This document shows positions 16,225-26,516 of a DNA stretch of 64,000 nucleotides, piece by piece. Below the pieces are notes generated by a model. It saw nothing but the letters and a program-made list of their open reading frames with translations, was not told the DNA's origin and made no database searches. Location: positions 58,488 to 122,487 of IMG/VR virus record IMGVR_UViG_3300028364_000018. One strand, written 5' to 3'. The position numbers and the translations under genes were made by a program. This DNA is from a virus. The first letter of the stretch is position 1; the number at the start of each line of letters is the position of its first letter.

Positions 16225-18348
16225 ATGAAAGACTTATTCAACAAACTATGGAAGAAACAGGCTTCGGCCCAATTCAGCGACAACGACATCGAACGAGCAT
16301 TTATGGACCAAGCCTACGGCTTCATCCAGAATAAGGCGGGTAAGCTCCTGAGCGACCCCCATCGCCTGGGCTTCGAAATCGTCTACAAGAATGACAACAG
16401 CACCCGCATGGTCGGTATCTTCGCCTTCCGGGCAGAGAAGCGTTTGTTGTACGCCCCTAGCTTCTTCATCAACGGTGAAATCAAAGGTACGGACCTCCTG
16501 TACCAGCATGACCGCAAACTCTTTACACCCCTGACGGAGGAATGGGCCAACTACCTCCTGAAGGCACAGAACATGAATCAAGGAAGTGGTTACCAAGGCG
16601 ACGCCCCCCGGACGCGCTCTGCCGACCTCTATAAGCTGGTCAGTCCCAGCCAAAGTAATAACTTTAGTAAGTACGCCTCCTACGAGTCAGCACCTGCCAC
16701 CATCGAGCCCCCTATTTCCGAGGTGCTGGACGAGATGTTTAAGCGGGCGGAGCTTCAACCAATTCTCCAACGCTTTATACTGGAGGATGGAGGTAGGCAT
16801 GCGGTGGAGTCCATCGAACGCGCGGTTCACACCAATATGAAGTTCGCACGAGCTTTATCAGAGGTAGATCCCTCTCAATACCTTCCGGAACTCCCGGTTG
16901 AGAAGAAGGCGAGTACCGCACCCGTCCTAACGCTAGTCCGGGGACTGCAACAGGGGGTTAAGTCCGCTTTTGACCAAGCCCGAGTTCTTAAGTACGGCTT
17001 TACCCTGCTGGACGACCGCCATGACCTGAACACAGTTGAGGTCGATGACCTTCAGCTGGAGAGTGTCGCGGAATCCGGGGTGTATAAGGTGTTGATGGCA
17101 GACGGCTCCAGGCAGGAAATGGTGTGCGTGGTGGACGACAAAGGAGGTTGTGGTTCCGACGAAATGCGGACGACAGCCAACACCAAATGTGTGGACTCCA
17201 AAGGTCGGATGTCTGTAAGACGGGGCGACCCTGTTTACGGCGAGCAACTGATGGACCAAAACCTAGAGAAATACAAGAAGGCACCTACCGCTGGTAAAAC
17301 CTACCTGTTCTTTGATGCGCAGAACCCCAGCCGGGGACAACTCTTCAAGGTCAAGAGCATTTCAAAACGCGGAGACATCCAGACTCTGGAACTCGAAACC
17401 GAGTACGGGTCTGAAAGGACCATGACGGTCAACCCCGACCTCAAGGGAGACCTTAAGGACAGTGGTGATGAGCTTCTGGCGGGCGCCGGATATATGTGGA
17501 TCCCGGTCAAGACCAAGTCCACCGACTACGGCTTTGATGTGGAGGATGGAGAGGCGTTGGGTACTGACCAGTCGCTAAATCGTATGGTGGAGAAATCCGG
17601 GTCGATCCGGCTCAAGCTCTCAAACCATCCAGACAACGGCTGGAGCTTGAAGATGCTTGACAAAGTCGTGGGCAAGGACCTGGATGTAACGAGCATGGCG
17701 GTTAAGCTGGCTCGGGATCTACACATAGGCGCAGATCATGTATTTGGCTTGCTGGAGACGGCTCAGCCTTCGGTGGACTTCTGGATGAACGTCGACGGGC
17801 TGCGTAAAAGCGGGTCGATGCAGGTCATGGAAGAACCAGACTTTGAAGACGACTACGACAGCCAGTTCGGTGTGCCGGTTAACTACGGGCATGCACAATC
17901 TCTGGAGGTCAGCACCCCATTCGAGGAGCTTCCACAACAGCGCGTTGGCGATACGGAGGATCCAAACGATGGAGGAGGTGCGCCGCACGAGATGCTGATG
18001 AACGCATCTCCAGAGGAATTAGCGCAGTACGCCGAGATGAATCAGCTCCCCAACCTCTTCGAGCATGGGATAGTCGGTTCGATGGTCAAGTCCTTCGACT
18101 CCCCAGCCATGCTCGACCGGTATATGCCTGATCTGGAGAAGGCGCTGGATAGTATGGGACGCTCTCTCTTCCTCCTGTTCTGGAAGCCCGGCGAGTTCGA
18201 CGACGCTTGGGGTCCTGAAGAGCGTCAGAGCACCGAAGACGAGATGCTGGCCAACTTCAAGAGCTTCGGGGACATGGTTCTCCATCTCCTACATAAATCT
18301 AAATCTAATCGAGGTGTGGTTGGTATCTCCAGTAACGCCACCGCATAA
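16225..18348 (+). CDS. Large putative prohead core protein
   Basis: 707 aa with K-x-A sites (KQAS, KYAS, KRAE, KKAS, KSAF); located in the head cluster. Confidence 0.5.
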   Translation: MKDLFNKLWKKQASAQFSDNDIERAFMDQAYGFIQNKAGKLLSDPHRLGFEIVYKNDNSTRMVGIFAFRAEKRLLYAPSFFINGEIKGTDLLYQHDRKLFTPLTEEWANYLLKAQNMNQGSGYQGDAPRTRSADLYKLVSPSQSNNFSKYASYESAPATIEPPISEVLDEMFKRAELQPILQRFILEDGGRHAVESIERAVHTNMKFARALSEVDPSQYLPELPVEKKASTAPVLTLVRGLQQGVKSAFDQARVLKYGFTLLDDRHDLNTVEVDDLQLESVAESGVYKVLMADGSRQEMVCVVDDKGGCGSDEMRTTANTKCVDSKGRMSVRRGDPVYGEQLMDQNLEKYKKAPTAGKTYLFFDAQNPSRGQLFKVKSISKRGDIQTLELETEYGSERTMTVNPDLKGDLKDSGDELLAGAGYMWIPVKTKSTDYGFDVEDGEALGTDQSLNRMVEKSGSIRLKLSNHPDNGWSLKMLDKVVGKDLDVTSMAVKLARDLHIGADHVFGLLETAQPSVDFWMNVDGLRKSGSMQVMEEPDFEDDYDSQFGVPVNYGHAQSLEVSTPFEELPQQRVGDTEDPNDGGGAPHEMLMNASPEELAQYAEMNQLPNLFEHGIVGSMVKSFDSPAMLDRYMPDLEKALDSMGRSLFLLFWKPGEFDDAWGPEERQSTEDEMLANFKSFGDMVLHLLHKSKSNRGVVGISSNATA

Positions 18349-18362
18349 ACAAAGGAAATACA

Positions 18363-19160
18363 ATGAATAACCTCGACAAATTAACAGCGGAGCAAGCCCT
18401 AGCTTTATTAGAAGATAATCCACGTTTCAAAACTCTTTTCTACCGTAAAGCAGACTCTGACAAAAAAACAAATAAGAAAAAACCTAAAGACAAGACGATG
18501 AACAACACAGAAAAATTAGCATCCGCACAGATCCTAGCAGCCTTTTCACATAAACAAGCGGACGCACGTGCTGAGATGCTCGCAGCGCTCCCCTCGAATA
18601 TACTGGCATCACTCATACCCGGACTCACTGGAGGTATGGCTGTAGCATCTGGGGGTATGGCGGGGGGCACCCCCACCTTATCGGATGAAGATTTAGAAAA
18701 AATAAACGGTAATCCAGCCAAGGCGATGATACCGGGTGTGGCGGGATTTCGGCAGTATAAAAGGCTGGGTAAGACCATGCACGGCGACCAAGCCGGTCCC
18801 AATGCCCCCGGAAACGCGTGGGGTGAAGTTCTAGGAGCCGGAGGCTTAAACGCTCTACTTATGGGTGGTGCGGGCGCGGGTCTTGGTGCTTTACTCGCGT
18901 CGAGAGACGGTGGTACTTCTACTCAAGACGGGGCAGTTATGGGCGGGTCCTTAGGTTTGGGGGCTGGTGCGACACTGCAAGCTGCTGGTCTTCTAAGAGG
19001 GTTGATTGAGAATCGTAACAGGGAGTTGGGCGGCCAATCCGAGTACGACCAAGACAATTCATCTCTACGATCAATGCTACTCCCAGGCTCAGCCGGATTA
19101 AACTACATGCGTAGAGTTAGATCCACTGACACTCCTAAGAAGAAGTCTGAAGACATCTAA
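18363..19160 (+). CDS. Leader-bearing Gly-zipper protein with two tandem leaders (alternative start 18498)
   Basis: MNNLDKLTAEQAL.. followed by MNNTEKLASAQIL..KQA; Gly-rich hydrophobic segments. Confidence 0.6.
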   Translation: MNNLDKLTAEQALALLEDNPRFKTLFYRKADSDKKTNKKKPKDKTMNNTEKLASAQILAAFSHKQADARAEMLAALPSNILASLIPGLTGGMAVASGGMAGGTPTLSDEDLEKINGNPAKAMIPGVAGFRQYKRLGKTMHGDQAGPNAPGNAWGEVLGAGGLNALLMGGAGAGLGALLASRDGGTSTQDGAVMGGSLGLGAGATLQAAGLLRGLIENRNRELGGQSEYDQDNSSLRSMLLPGSAGLNYMRRVRSTDTPKKKSEDI

Positions 19161-19182
19161 CCGTGAACTTCCAAAAGATACA

Positions 19183-20310
19183 GTGAACAACATAGGTAGA
19201 CTTAAAGCTGCGCAGTTACTAAAAGAGGCCAAATCGCCCAAGATTGATGGTATGACAGGTGCTGCCAAGCCTAACCTCTCCGCTATTCGCCCAAATGCTG
19301 AAGACTTGCCTGGCACAGATAAACAGTGGGTGAGCCCTGCTCCAGGTGGGGAGTTCTCAAAAAAGAAAGAAGTGAGCCCCCAAAAGTTCTTGGGGTCTTA
19401 CTACGGAGATAATCTTAAAATTGAACAAGAGAAGGCGAGAACCTACGCAGTTAAGAACAACCTTCCTTGGAAAGACAACCAGTGGACCACTCCCGGTTCA
19501 TCCGCGTCTGTACCTATGAACTTCAGCGACAAGCCGTTTGCAGGCGCCTCACCCCCGTATGCTCTAATACGCGGCCCAGGCAGTCCAAGAATCGTAATGC
19601 CTACAACCAATCAGAATATAAACCCTCTGTTCAGTTACGAAAACGGCCTTCCCGAGGAACGACCTATGAGTCTTACATCTAAAGGTGTCTTGGGGCATGA
19701 GTTGTCGCATGTTATGTACCCGTTTGAGAGAGGGGACGTGGAAAGAACGCCCAACCGCGTCTCACGCCCGTGGCGGGCGGCTATGATGAATTTGGCGGAT
19801 AGACGGGCGGTACTATCTGAGCGGAGGATGTACCCAGAGGTAAGTTCCTTTGAGTTCACCCCACCCGCCGCTGCCATCCAACGACACCTCTACAAAACCA
19901 CTGGGAAAAGGTTGGAGAGCCCAGAAGACTATGATAAGTGGATACAAAGTATGGAGGGCGTTGGTGAGTCTAAGAGCTGGCAGGATCCGCTACCAACGGA
20001 GCTCAGGAGATGGCTACGCTATAGAGAGAATATAAAATCGCAACCTATGCTGGACTGGCGCAGGGATATGCGGTTAAATAATATGGACAATACTATGAGA
20101 CACATCATCCCAGGTATTGTGCAGAACCAGCGTCCTAGTATGCGACCTAAACACGCGTTTATTAATAAAACAAGAATGAACAAAATGAACAACACAGAAA
20201 AATCAGCAGCCACGCCTTGGGAAGTCTATAAACGTAAAGAGCTAGAGAAGGAGCTAAGTCAGTACCAGAAGCTAGCAGCTGGTAATATGTTACGTCACTT
20301 AGTATTTTAA
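19183..20310 (+). CDS. Leader-bearing protein with HExxH motif
   Basis: GTG start, MNNIGRLKAAQLLKEA; LGHELSH. Confidence 0.6.
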   Translation: MNNIGRLKAAQLLKEAKSPKIDGMTGAAKPNLSAIRPNAEDLPGTDKQWVSPAPGGEFSKKKEVSPQKFLGSYYGDNLKIEQEKARTYAVKNNLPWKDNQWTTPGSSASVPMNFSDKPFAGASPPYALIRGPGSPRIVMPTTNQNINPLFSYENGLPEERPMSLTSKGVLGHELSHVMYPFERGDVERTPNRVSRPWRAAMMNLADRRAVLSERRMYPEVSSFEFTPPAAAIQRHLYKTTGKRLESPEDYDKWIQSMEGVGESKSWQDPLPTELRRWLRYRENIKSQPMLDWRRDMRLNNMDNTMRHIIPGIVQNQRPSMRPKHAFINKTRMNKMNNTEKSAATPWEVYKRKELEKELSQYQKLAAGNMLRHLVF

Positions 20311-20321
20311 CAACAAGACAA

Positions 20322-21212
20322 ATGAACTTCCAGAAGATACAGCAGCTAAGTTGGTACATGGACTGGGGTGGAGAGCCCGACATGGGGGTTAACTCCCGTA
20401 TGTCGGGTATCCCCCACAAAGCCCGGTTAAGCCGCTACCTCCACAACTACTGTAACCTGGAGTTCGGCTGGGATTGGGCAAAGGCCATGGTCGAGTCCGA
20501 TACACCCCTGCCGGCCATCCTTGACCACCATGATCTACCGATCTACCGAGCTTATTGGTGGATGAAGGGCGAGCCCGACTCGCTGATAGACACGGTTGCC
20601 CAGATCGGGACTTATAAGTGTATGGAGTTCACCAAGGCCATACACGGCGCTTGGCACATGGCCCAGGAGAAGACAGGTAGAACCCGGGAGGACCACCTAC
20701 AGGATCTAGCCTACCAACAGAGTGTGAGCATCGAGGTTATAAACGCCTTCGAGAAGCTGTTCTTCAACATCGAGGACAGACGCCGGGACTCAAAGCTTCT
20801 GCGTCACATTGTGTACCCAGAGACCCGCATGGTCGAGACCATGGAGGGTTATGCGGAGCAAGTGGGTATTGACATGATGTTGATGCGAGCCGCCTACAAC
20901 AACGGGGTGGAGAACCTGTTGCAGATGGCGGGCGACCGCGACATGTACAATAATCCGGCATCCGCCGCAGATCTTGCGTCGCAGATGGAGGGGGTGTTGA
21001 TGGCCCAAGGCCTGTTCCTAGCCAACAACGGCTTCCTGCATCAACGAGATTCTCAAGGCATCCGGCGTGCAACTCAGATGCTGGCCGCCACCAAGGCGGG
21101 CGGTCAGGAGACCGGACGAGATCAGACTCTGAACTTCCTGGGTGACATGATCCAGGACGAGATGAGGCAGCTTCAGCAGATGGACATGCAGGTTAAGGCC
21201 TATACAGACTAA
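20322..21212 (+). CDS. Hypothetical protein
   Basis: 296-aa ORF within the co-oriented cluster. Confidence 0.6.
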   Translation: MNFQKIQQLSWYMDWGGEPDMGVNSRMSGIPHKARLSRYLHNYCNLEFGWDWAKAMVESDTPLPAILDHHDLPIYRAYWWMKGEPDSLIDTVAQIGTYKCMEFTKAIHGAWHMAQEKTGRTREDHLQDLAYQQSVSIEVINAFEKLFFNIEDRRRDSKLLRHIVYPETRMVETMEGYAEQVGIDMMLMRAAYNNGVENLLQMAGDRDMYNNPASAADLASQMEGVLMAQGLFLANNGFLHQRDSQGIRRATQMLAATKAGGQETGRDQTLNFLGDMIQDEMRQLQQMDMQVKAYTD

Positions 21213-21220
21213 TTTTTTTC

Positions 21221-21249
21221 TTGCAAACCACAAACATTGTCTATAATAC
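21221..21249 (+). promoter_or_regulatory. Sigma70-like promoter
   Basis: TTGCAA followed by TATAAT (N15) or TAATAC (N17); ATG lies 35 nt after the first T. Confidence 0.6.
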
Positions 21250-21255
21250 GGATCT

Positions 21256-22611
21256 ATGAACCACTATACTGCCATCGAAGTACTGGAAACGTTGTTACCT
21301 ACCATAAAGGAGGCGGGAGCACCTGAGAACGTACTACTGCAGTACGCGTCGGAGCACAACCTAGCCCCAGCACAGCTGGAGAAGATGGCGCAGGTGTTTA
21401 ACACTGCTAAGACCCTAACCTACTTGGATAAGGCGGCGAACCGTGGAGGTAGCTTTTCGGTGGTGGATACCCAAGACCTTCTTAAACAGTACCAAGCGTA
21501 TGAGGCGCCTACCGAGCGTGTGATGGATAAAGCCGCTTCAGCCCCGATCACACACAACCCCCTCCGATTTCCCGGACCTGGGGTGTACGCGCCCACTGTG
21601 AAAGCCGCTGACATTGATGACGACCTCCAACGCCACCTACGGCAGGCTGAGCGTTGGGCGCAGACCGAACAGCGTAATACCCTCAAGAAAGTTGCGGAGT
21701 TCCAGGATGAGCAACAGGAGATCGTCCTGGAGTGCGTAGAGAAGCTCGCCCGTATAAGCCGGGTTGTAGACAAATCTTTTAGTAACCAACAGATGCAGAT
21801 GGATATGGCTTTCGTCATGGGTAAATCCGCCGCAGAGAGCCTTATTAAGGACGTATGGGGTACGGTTATGGACTTCGATATGGAGGATGTCCACGATAAA
21901 CGGGCGTTTGATCAGGGCATGCGCCAGAACTCCGGTCGTCTGGAAGTACTGGAGATCGTATCGGAGCTTTTGGAAGCCCAGGGGATGCGCAAGGACGCAG
22001 GGGCCTACGCCTCGGAATTGATTAAGAGTGCTGGAGGAGTGGAAGGCCCTTTGACATATGAGCAACGCCTAACTACGGACGTCAACACCCACAATATGCA
22101 GGAGCTGCTATCTAAGTTGAAGCCTGGTAAGGGCAAGCCACCAAAGCCTGTCGAATCACACATCCCAGACCCACTGGACATCGGACCGGCAGCGTCCGAT
22201 ATTGAGAGTAAGATGGTTCGTCCGATGTCTGACAAACTGAACAAGATCGACCCCTCCCAGATTTTGAAATTATTACACGTTGAACCCTCAAAGTACAACA
22301 AGGCGCAGAAAGAGGTGGACGAGACACGGACCGACACAGAGCGTAGTGTGGTACTCGCCCGTCTGATGCAGAGTGATCCGATCATCAGCGAGGCTGATCC
22401 AGATACTGTACAGGATATCTATAACTCACTACAGGACGCTAGCCCTGAGTTCGTACGCGACCCCTCTAGGTTGCGTATGGCCCTGCGCGAGGCAGTGGAG
22501 TACGGAGCTGTCCCTATCCACACCCTTAACGAACTCACAACCTACCGCAAGAACCTAGCGGGTGCCCGTAAAGACGAGCACACCGTAGATACAGACACCT
22601 ACGGAATTTAA
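21256..22611 (+). CDS. Putative prohead core protein (K-x-A rich)
   Basis: KEAG, KAAN, KAAS, KAAD, KVAE, KLAR, KSAA, KSAG sites. Confidence 0.55.
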   Translation: MNHYTAIEVLETLLPTIKEAGAPENVLLQYASEHNLAPAQLEKMAQVFNTAKTLTYLDKAANRGGSFSVVDTQDLLKQYQAYEAPTERVMDKAASAPITHNPLRFPGPGVYAPTVKAADIDDDLQRHLRQAERWAQTEQRNTLKKVAEFQDEQQEIVLECVEKLARISRVVDKSFSNQQMQMDMAFVMGKSAAESLIKDVWGTVMDFDMEDVHDKRAFDQGMRQNSGRLEVLEIVSELLEAQGMRKDAGAYASELIKSAGGVEGPLTYEQRLTTDVNTHNMQELLSKLKPGKGKPPKPVESHIPDPLDIGPAASDIESKMVRPMSDKLNKIDPSQILKLLHVEPSKYNKAQKEVDETRTDTERSVVLARLMQSDPIISEADPDTVQDIYNSLQDASPEFVRDPSRLRMALREAVEYGAVPIHTLNELTTYRKNLAGARKDEHTVDTDTYGI

Positions 22612-22973
22612 TGGATATCCGGCGCACTATCACTCTTATTGACAACGCTTACCACGCTCAGGTGGGCGTAGAGAGCCTGTCTGTGGTGGATCAGGATGCT
22701 GTAGCTCGGTTCGGGCAATGGCCCATTGACCTGGGCGGTGCCTTTGATGACGGGGAGGGTCTAGAGTTTGAGCTACCTCTGCAGGTTAGGTACTTCCCAA
22801 CGCAACGCGTAGCCAAATCTATTTTTTACATATCAGATGCCCTAGCCGCCGATCGCACACTGTTGTGGGTTGACACCATAGTGCAACGTTTGGTAGAGGC
22901 ACAGGCCGCTGCCCTCGGGAAGGACCCGAGAAACATATTGGATACCATAACAACTTACCCAGAGATCGTATAA
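22611..22973 (+). CDS. Hypothetical protein
   Basis: TAATG-coupled 120-aa ORF. Confidence 0.6.
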   Translation: MDIRRTITLIDNAYHAQVGVESLSVVDQDAVARFGQWPIDLGGAFDDGEGLEFELPLQVRYFPTQRVAKSIFYISDALAADRTLLWVDTIVQRLVEAQAAALGKDPRNILDTITTYPEIV

Positions 22974-23875
22974 TGCCAGCTCGCGAAGATTTTATGTCAC
23001 AACTCCAGCAGATCCTTCAGAATAAGGACATCACAACCCCGTTACTCGCCGCAGCAGGTACGGGACTAGTAGGCGGTACACTGGCCGCCAGGAGTCCCAA
23101 ACGCCGCGGAGAAAGTCAGGAAGAACGCCGGAAACGCATTCTCCGCGATGCGATGCTAAGTGCAGGCGCCGGTGGACTTGGTACAGCCGCCTTACGTTAC
23201 GGTTACGGCAGTCTTCAAAACGCGCTACCCGCAGGTTCGGAGAATCCGGCAGCCAAGGGCTTAGGGATTCTCGGACGCGTGGCTGGTGGGGGAGCGGCAG
23301 CGGGTGGTACGCATTGGATAGCTAAAAACCGGTGGAATGCGAGGGCGATGGACACCATAGAAGGGGCCTCTGAGGCTATACGGGCTGGAGCCCCTAAGAA
23401 CACCTCCGAAGCACGTCTCCGACTCAAGAGTATGGTAGAACGTCTTTCTATGAATGAGAACCCCGCCAAGGCACTAAGCGAGGCTTTCCCGGACAAAGAA
23501 CTACCAAAACTCCTAGAGCGCTCGAACATTCGTATGCCCGGATCGGGACCCACAGGTTGGGAAGCTTTTAAAGGTAGTCTGACGGGAGCCTATGGTAAAT
23601 CCAAGGATGTGATTAAAACCGTTAGGCATCAACCAATCAAACAGACTTTGACATCTGTGCGTGGGCGTGTAGCACCCGATGGTGCACGAGCGGCTGCGCG
23701 GAGCCTACCAGGTAAGGCGGAGAAGCAGGTGTTAGAACGCTTAGTACCTTTCGCCCGACGTCACCCCGGATTATCTGCCGGACTCGCAACGGCAGTAGCC
23801 GCTCCCACTGCTTTACATTTGGGTGGTGAACTGCTAGGCTTGGGTACGCCCAACTTCTTAAACTATCAGGATTAA
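22973..23875 (+). CDS. Gly/Ala-rich hypothetical head-associated protein
   Basis: Gly-zipper-like hydrophobic segments; located in the head cluster. Confidence 0.55.
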   Translation: MPAREDFMSQLQQILQNKDITTPLLAAAGTGLVGGTLAARSPKRRGESQEERRKRILRDAMLSAGAGGLGTAALRYGYGSLQNALPAGSENPAAKGLGILGRVAGGGAAAGGTHWIAKNRWNARAMDTIEGASEAIRAGAPKNTSEARLRLKSMVERLSMNENPAKALSEAFPDKELPKLLERSNIRMPGSGPTGWEAFKGSLTGAYGKSKDVIKTVRHQPIKQTLTSVRGRVAPDGARAAARSLPGKAEKQVLERLVPFARRHPGLSAGLATAVAAPTALHLGGELLGLGTPNFLNYQD

Positions 23876-23877
23876 TC

Positions 23878-25377
23878 ATGTTAAAAGTACACTACGACAC
23901 AGACCAGCAAGAGCTCTTCAAAGCCTGTGGTGGACACATGGCCACATTGATTGACACCGAACGCGGTGTGAAGTCCGCTGCCTCCGACCTCATTTCTCGC
24001 GAGATCATAGAGAAGTTCCGCCCAGACGATGACCATTTCCTTGTTCACAACATCGCTATGGGGGACACCGAGACATACGGCCCTAATAAAAATTTTGATG
24101 GGTGGTCGAAGGAAGCGTTGGAGACCAGGCATCAGACTTTCGTAACCAACGGGCACCTATTCCGCGAGCACCGTAATCGTGACCCCAAACAGAAGATTGG
24201 AGATATCAAGTATGCAGCTTTCGATGGAGGTAAGCAGGGTATGCACCGTGTGGAGCTCCTGTGTTGGGGTAACAAGAAGAAGGCCGCTGAGGAGTATGAA
24301 CTGGCTAAGGCTGGCGAACCCCTTAGTTTTTCAATGAGCGCCAGAATTCTATTCGACAAATGCTCGGCTTGTGGCAACGAGGCTAAGACCCGGGAGGCTT
24401 ATTGCGACTGCATGAAAAACCACCCAGGCCAATGGATGGCTGAGTTCCAGAAGTATGCGTTCGTAGACAATCCGGACCCGACCTTTTTCGATAACAGTCG
24501 CGTTAAGCGCCCTGCTGATCGTATTGCGCACTATCTGGAATACAGATTTCCTGATGCGGATATGCGTAAAGCCGCGTCGGAAGACCTTGTTATTCTAGGA
24601 ACGGACTGGGCAGAGTACGAAGGCTTGTCCATCCCGGAACAACGTTGCGAACTACCTCTACCCACCCGAGACCTGGTCGAGAAGCTGGCGTCCTTAGGTA
24701 AGGAGATCCAAGCTGTTCTTGAACAGGGTGTACCCACTACTTCCGAACGCCAGGACTTCATGAAGAACGCCTCGGGGCGCATCCTTGGCGAGGAATTGAC
24801 AGACGCTCAGTTGGATATCGCCCGGTCGGTGCGTCCCGGGACTCTTGCGAGGTTCTTAGCCAAGACCGCATCCATCCTCCCCTTTAAATCCTTTGCGGCC
24901 TATGCACTGCAACGCCCTATAGACTCCTTGGACAATGACCCAGTATGGGCGAAGGCCGCTTGCGGTATGCCCAACATCATGGATACACTACTGGGTGGGG
25001 TTGATACAGAGATGCTCAATATGCTACAGGCGGACGACGAGTTCACCTGCGAGCGCGACCCTCACCAGAAAGACCTGATTCAGGGTCTGATGGATAAAGC
25101 CGACCAGGAATTCAGTATCAATCCAGAAAAGAGCAAACCACGGATTATGATGCTGGTCATTAAAGGGGGTAAACATAACTTGTCTAAGATCGCCTCAGAG
25201 CTTCCGGCGAAGGACGACCAACTATCCCAGGGCCTGGCCCTAGCCTACGCGTCATACCAAGTACAGGCCTTGCAGGACATGCAGAAGCTGGCGGGTGTGG
25301 CGCTCGATGAACCCCTCTTACTCCAGGTAATGCTGGAAAATCGTAAGTACCATTTAAATACCAGCGATAAAAACTAA
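23878..25377 (+). CDS. Prohead maturation protease (HK97/herpes-like fold) with C-terminal extension
   Basis: NKNFDGW, LFREH (His), FSMSA (Ser), Zn-finger insertion CSACGN..YCDC..H; lies upstream of scaffold and capsid. Confidence 0.75.
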   Translation: MLKVHYDTDQQELFKACGGHMATLIDTERGVKSAASDLISREIIEKFRPDDDHFLVHNIAMGDTETYGPNKNFDGWSKEALETRHQTFVTNGHLFREHRNRDPKQKIGDIKYAAFDGGKQGMHRVELLCWGNKKKAAEEYELAKAGEPLSFSMSARILFDKCSACGNEAKTREAYCDCMKNHPGQWMAEFQKYAFVDNPDPTFFDNSRVKRPADRIAHYLEYRFPDADMRKAASEDLVILGTDWAEYEGLSIPEQRCELPLPTRDLVEKLASLGKEIQAVLEQGVPTTSERQDFMKNASGRILGEELTDAQLDIARSVRPGTLARFLAKTASILPFKSFAAYALQRPIDSLDNDPVWAKAACGMPNIMDTLLGGVDTEMLNMLQADDEFTCERDPHQKDLIQGLMDKADQEFSINPEKSKPRIMMLVIKGGKHNLSKIASELPAKDDQLSQGLALAYASYQVQALQDMQKLAGVALDEPLLLQVMLENRKYHLNTSDKN

Positions 25378-25454
25378 AAAAAGTCGTCATTAAGGGTTGA
25401 CCTTCAACCCTGTTTATAGCAGAATACCAACATAACCTAATCAAGGAACTATAT

Positions 25455-26507
25455 ATGAGCCCATCTAAAGATTTTGAAAAAATTGCATCCAGCATCCGTA
25501 AGTGGAAGAGTGATAACGATAAAGCAGCCGCTGACTCCGAAGCACTCAGTATGAAAGACCCGGCAGACAAGGGCGAGAAAGAGATTCCCAGTCACCCCGA
25601 CGGTGATAGCAAGAAAAAAACCATGGTTCCCGACCAACAGGCTGAGAACAAAAGCCGCGAAGGGCAGGACGTGACTGATAAAGACACCAAACCCAGTTCA
25701 ACCGGTGAGAACGTGCCTGGTCCCGTGGAAGACGGTAATGCCAAGGACGACGCTGCTACATCCCCAGACACCCCGCTGTCTAAAATTGCCAACAAAGTAC
25801 CGGGCCTGATGGATCGCATTAAAAATCTTAGCACCGCAACACCTGAGGGCACACCTGAGGGCAAAGCCGCCGGAGAGCAAGATCAGACCCTGCAGAACAT
25901 GCAGTTCACTGATGCCTTCCACTTGAAGCTGGCATCCATCATCCTCTCCTCAGAAGAAGGTATCAACTTTGCTGAGAAACTGGTAGAGAAAGAAGCTGGA
26001 TTAGAGGCCGCACACGACCTCATGAAATCCGCTGGCGAGCAACAGTACCTGATGTCTAAGGAAGCGGCTGAGTACGCACAGTGGGCTGAGTACGTAGAGC
26101 AGTACGCCGCACAGTGCGAGGACCAGTTCAACGACCTTACCAAATCTGCGTCTGAAGAAGACATGCAGGAAATCATCAAATTAGCGCAATCTCACGAAGC
26201 CATATCTAACAAATTTGAGCACGACTTCGAAAAACAAGCCTATGACGTTGGTGCTGCCGACGCCGCTGGCATGGAAGACGTAATGGCCGGTGGTGAGGAA
26301 GTTCCGGGCGAAGCCCAACTCAACCCCGAGGACATCCTGGCCCTTCTGGATCAGGCTGTCCAAAGCGGAGAGCTCGACGAAGAAACCGCCATGATGCTGG
26401 CTGAGCAGTTGCTTGGCGGAGAAATGGGCGGGATGGACGGTGGCGAAGAGATACCACCTGAAGCCATGGCCGCAGAAAAAATGGCCAGTGAAGTACTCTC
26501 TGTCTAA
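25455..26507 (+). CDS. Scaffold-like acidic protein
   Basis: Acidic, low-complexity, 12 K-x-A sites; lies between protease and capsid. Confidence 0.6.
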   Translation: MSPSKDFEKIASSIRKWKSDNDKAAADSEALSMKDPADKGEKEIPSHPDGDSKKKTMVPDQQAENKSREGQDVTDKDTKPSSTGENVPGPVEDGNAKDDAATSPDTPLSKIANKVPGLMDRIKNLSTATPEGTPEGKAAGEQDQTLQNMQFTDAFHLKLASIILSSEEGINFAEKLVEKEAGLEAAHDLMKSAGEQQYLMSKEAAEYAQWAEYVEQYAAQCEDQFNDLTKSASEEDMQEIIKLAQSHEAISNKFEHDFEKQAYDVGAADAAGMEDVMAGGEEVPGEAQLNPEDILALLDQAVQSGELDEETAMMLAEQLLGGEMGGMDGGEEIPPEAMAAEKMASEVLSV

Positions 26508-26516
26508 GGTAACACG

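Noticed and set aside
16225-18348. Portal protein call
   Set aside because: The size fits, but no portal motif was recognised and it carries multiple K-x-A sites like core proteins. No portal was identified in this window.
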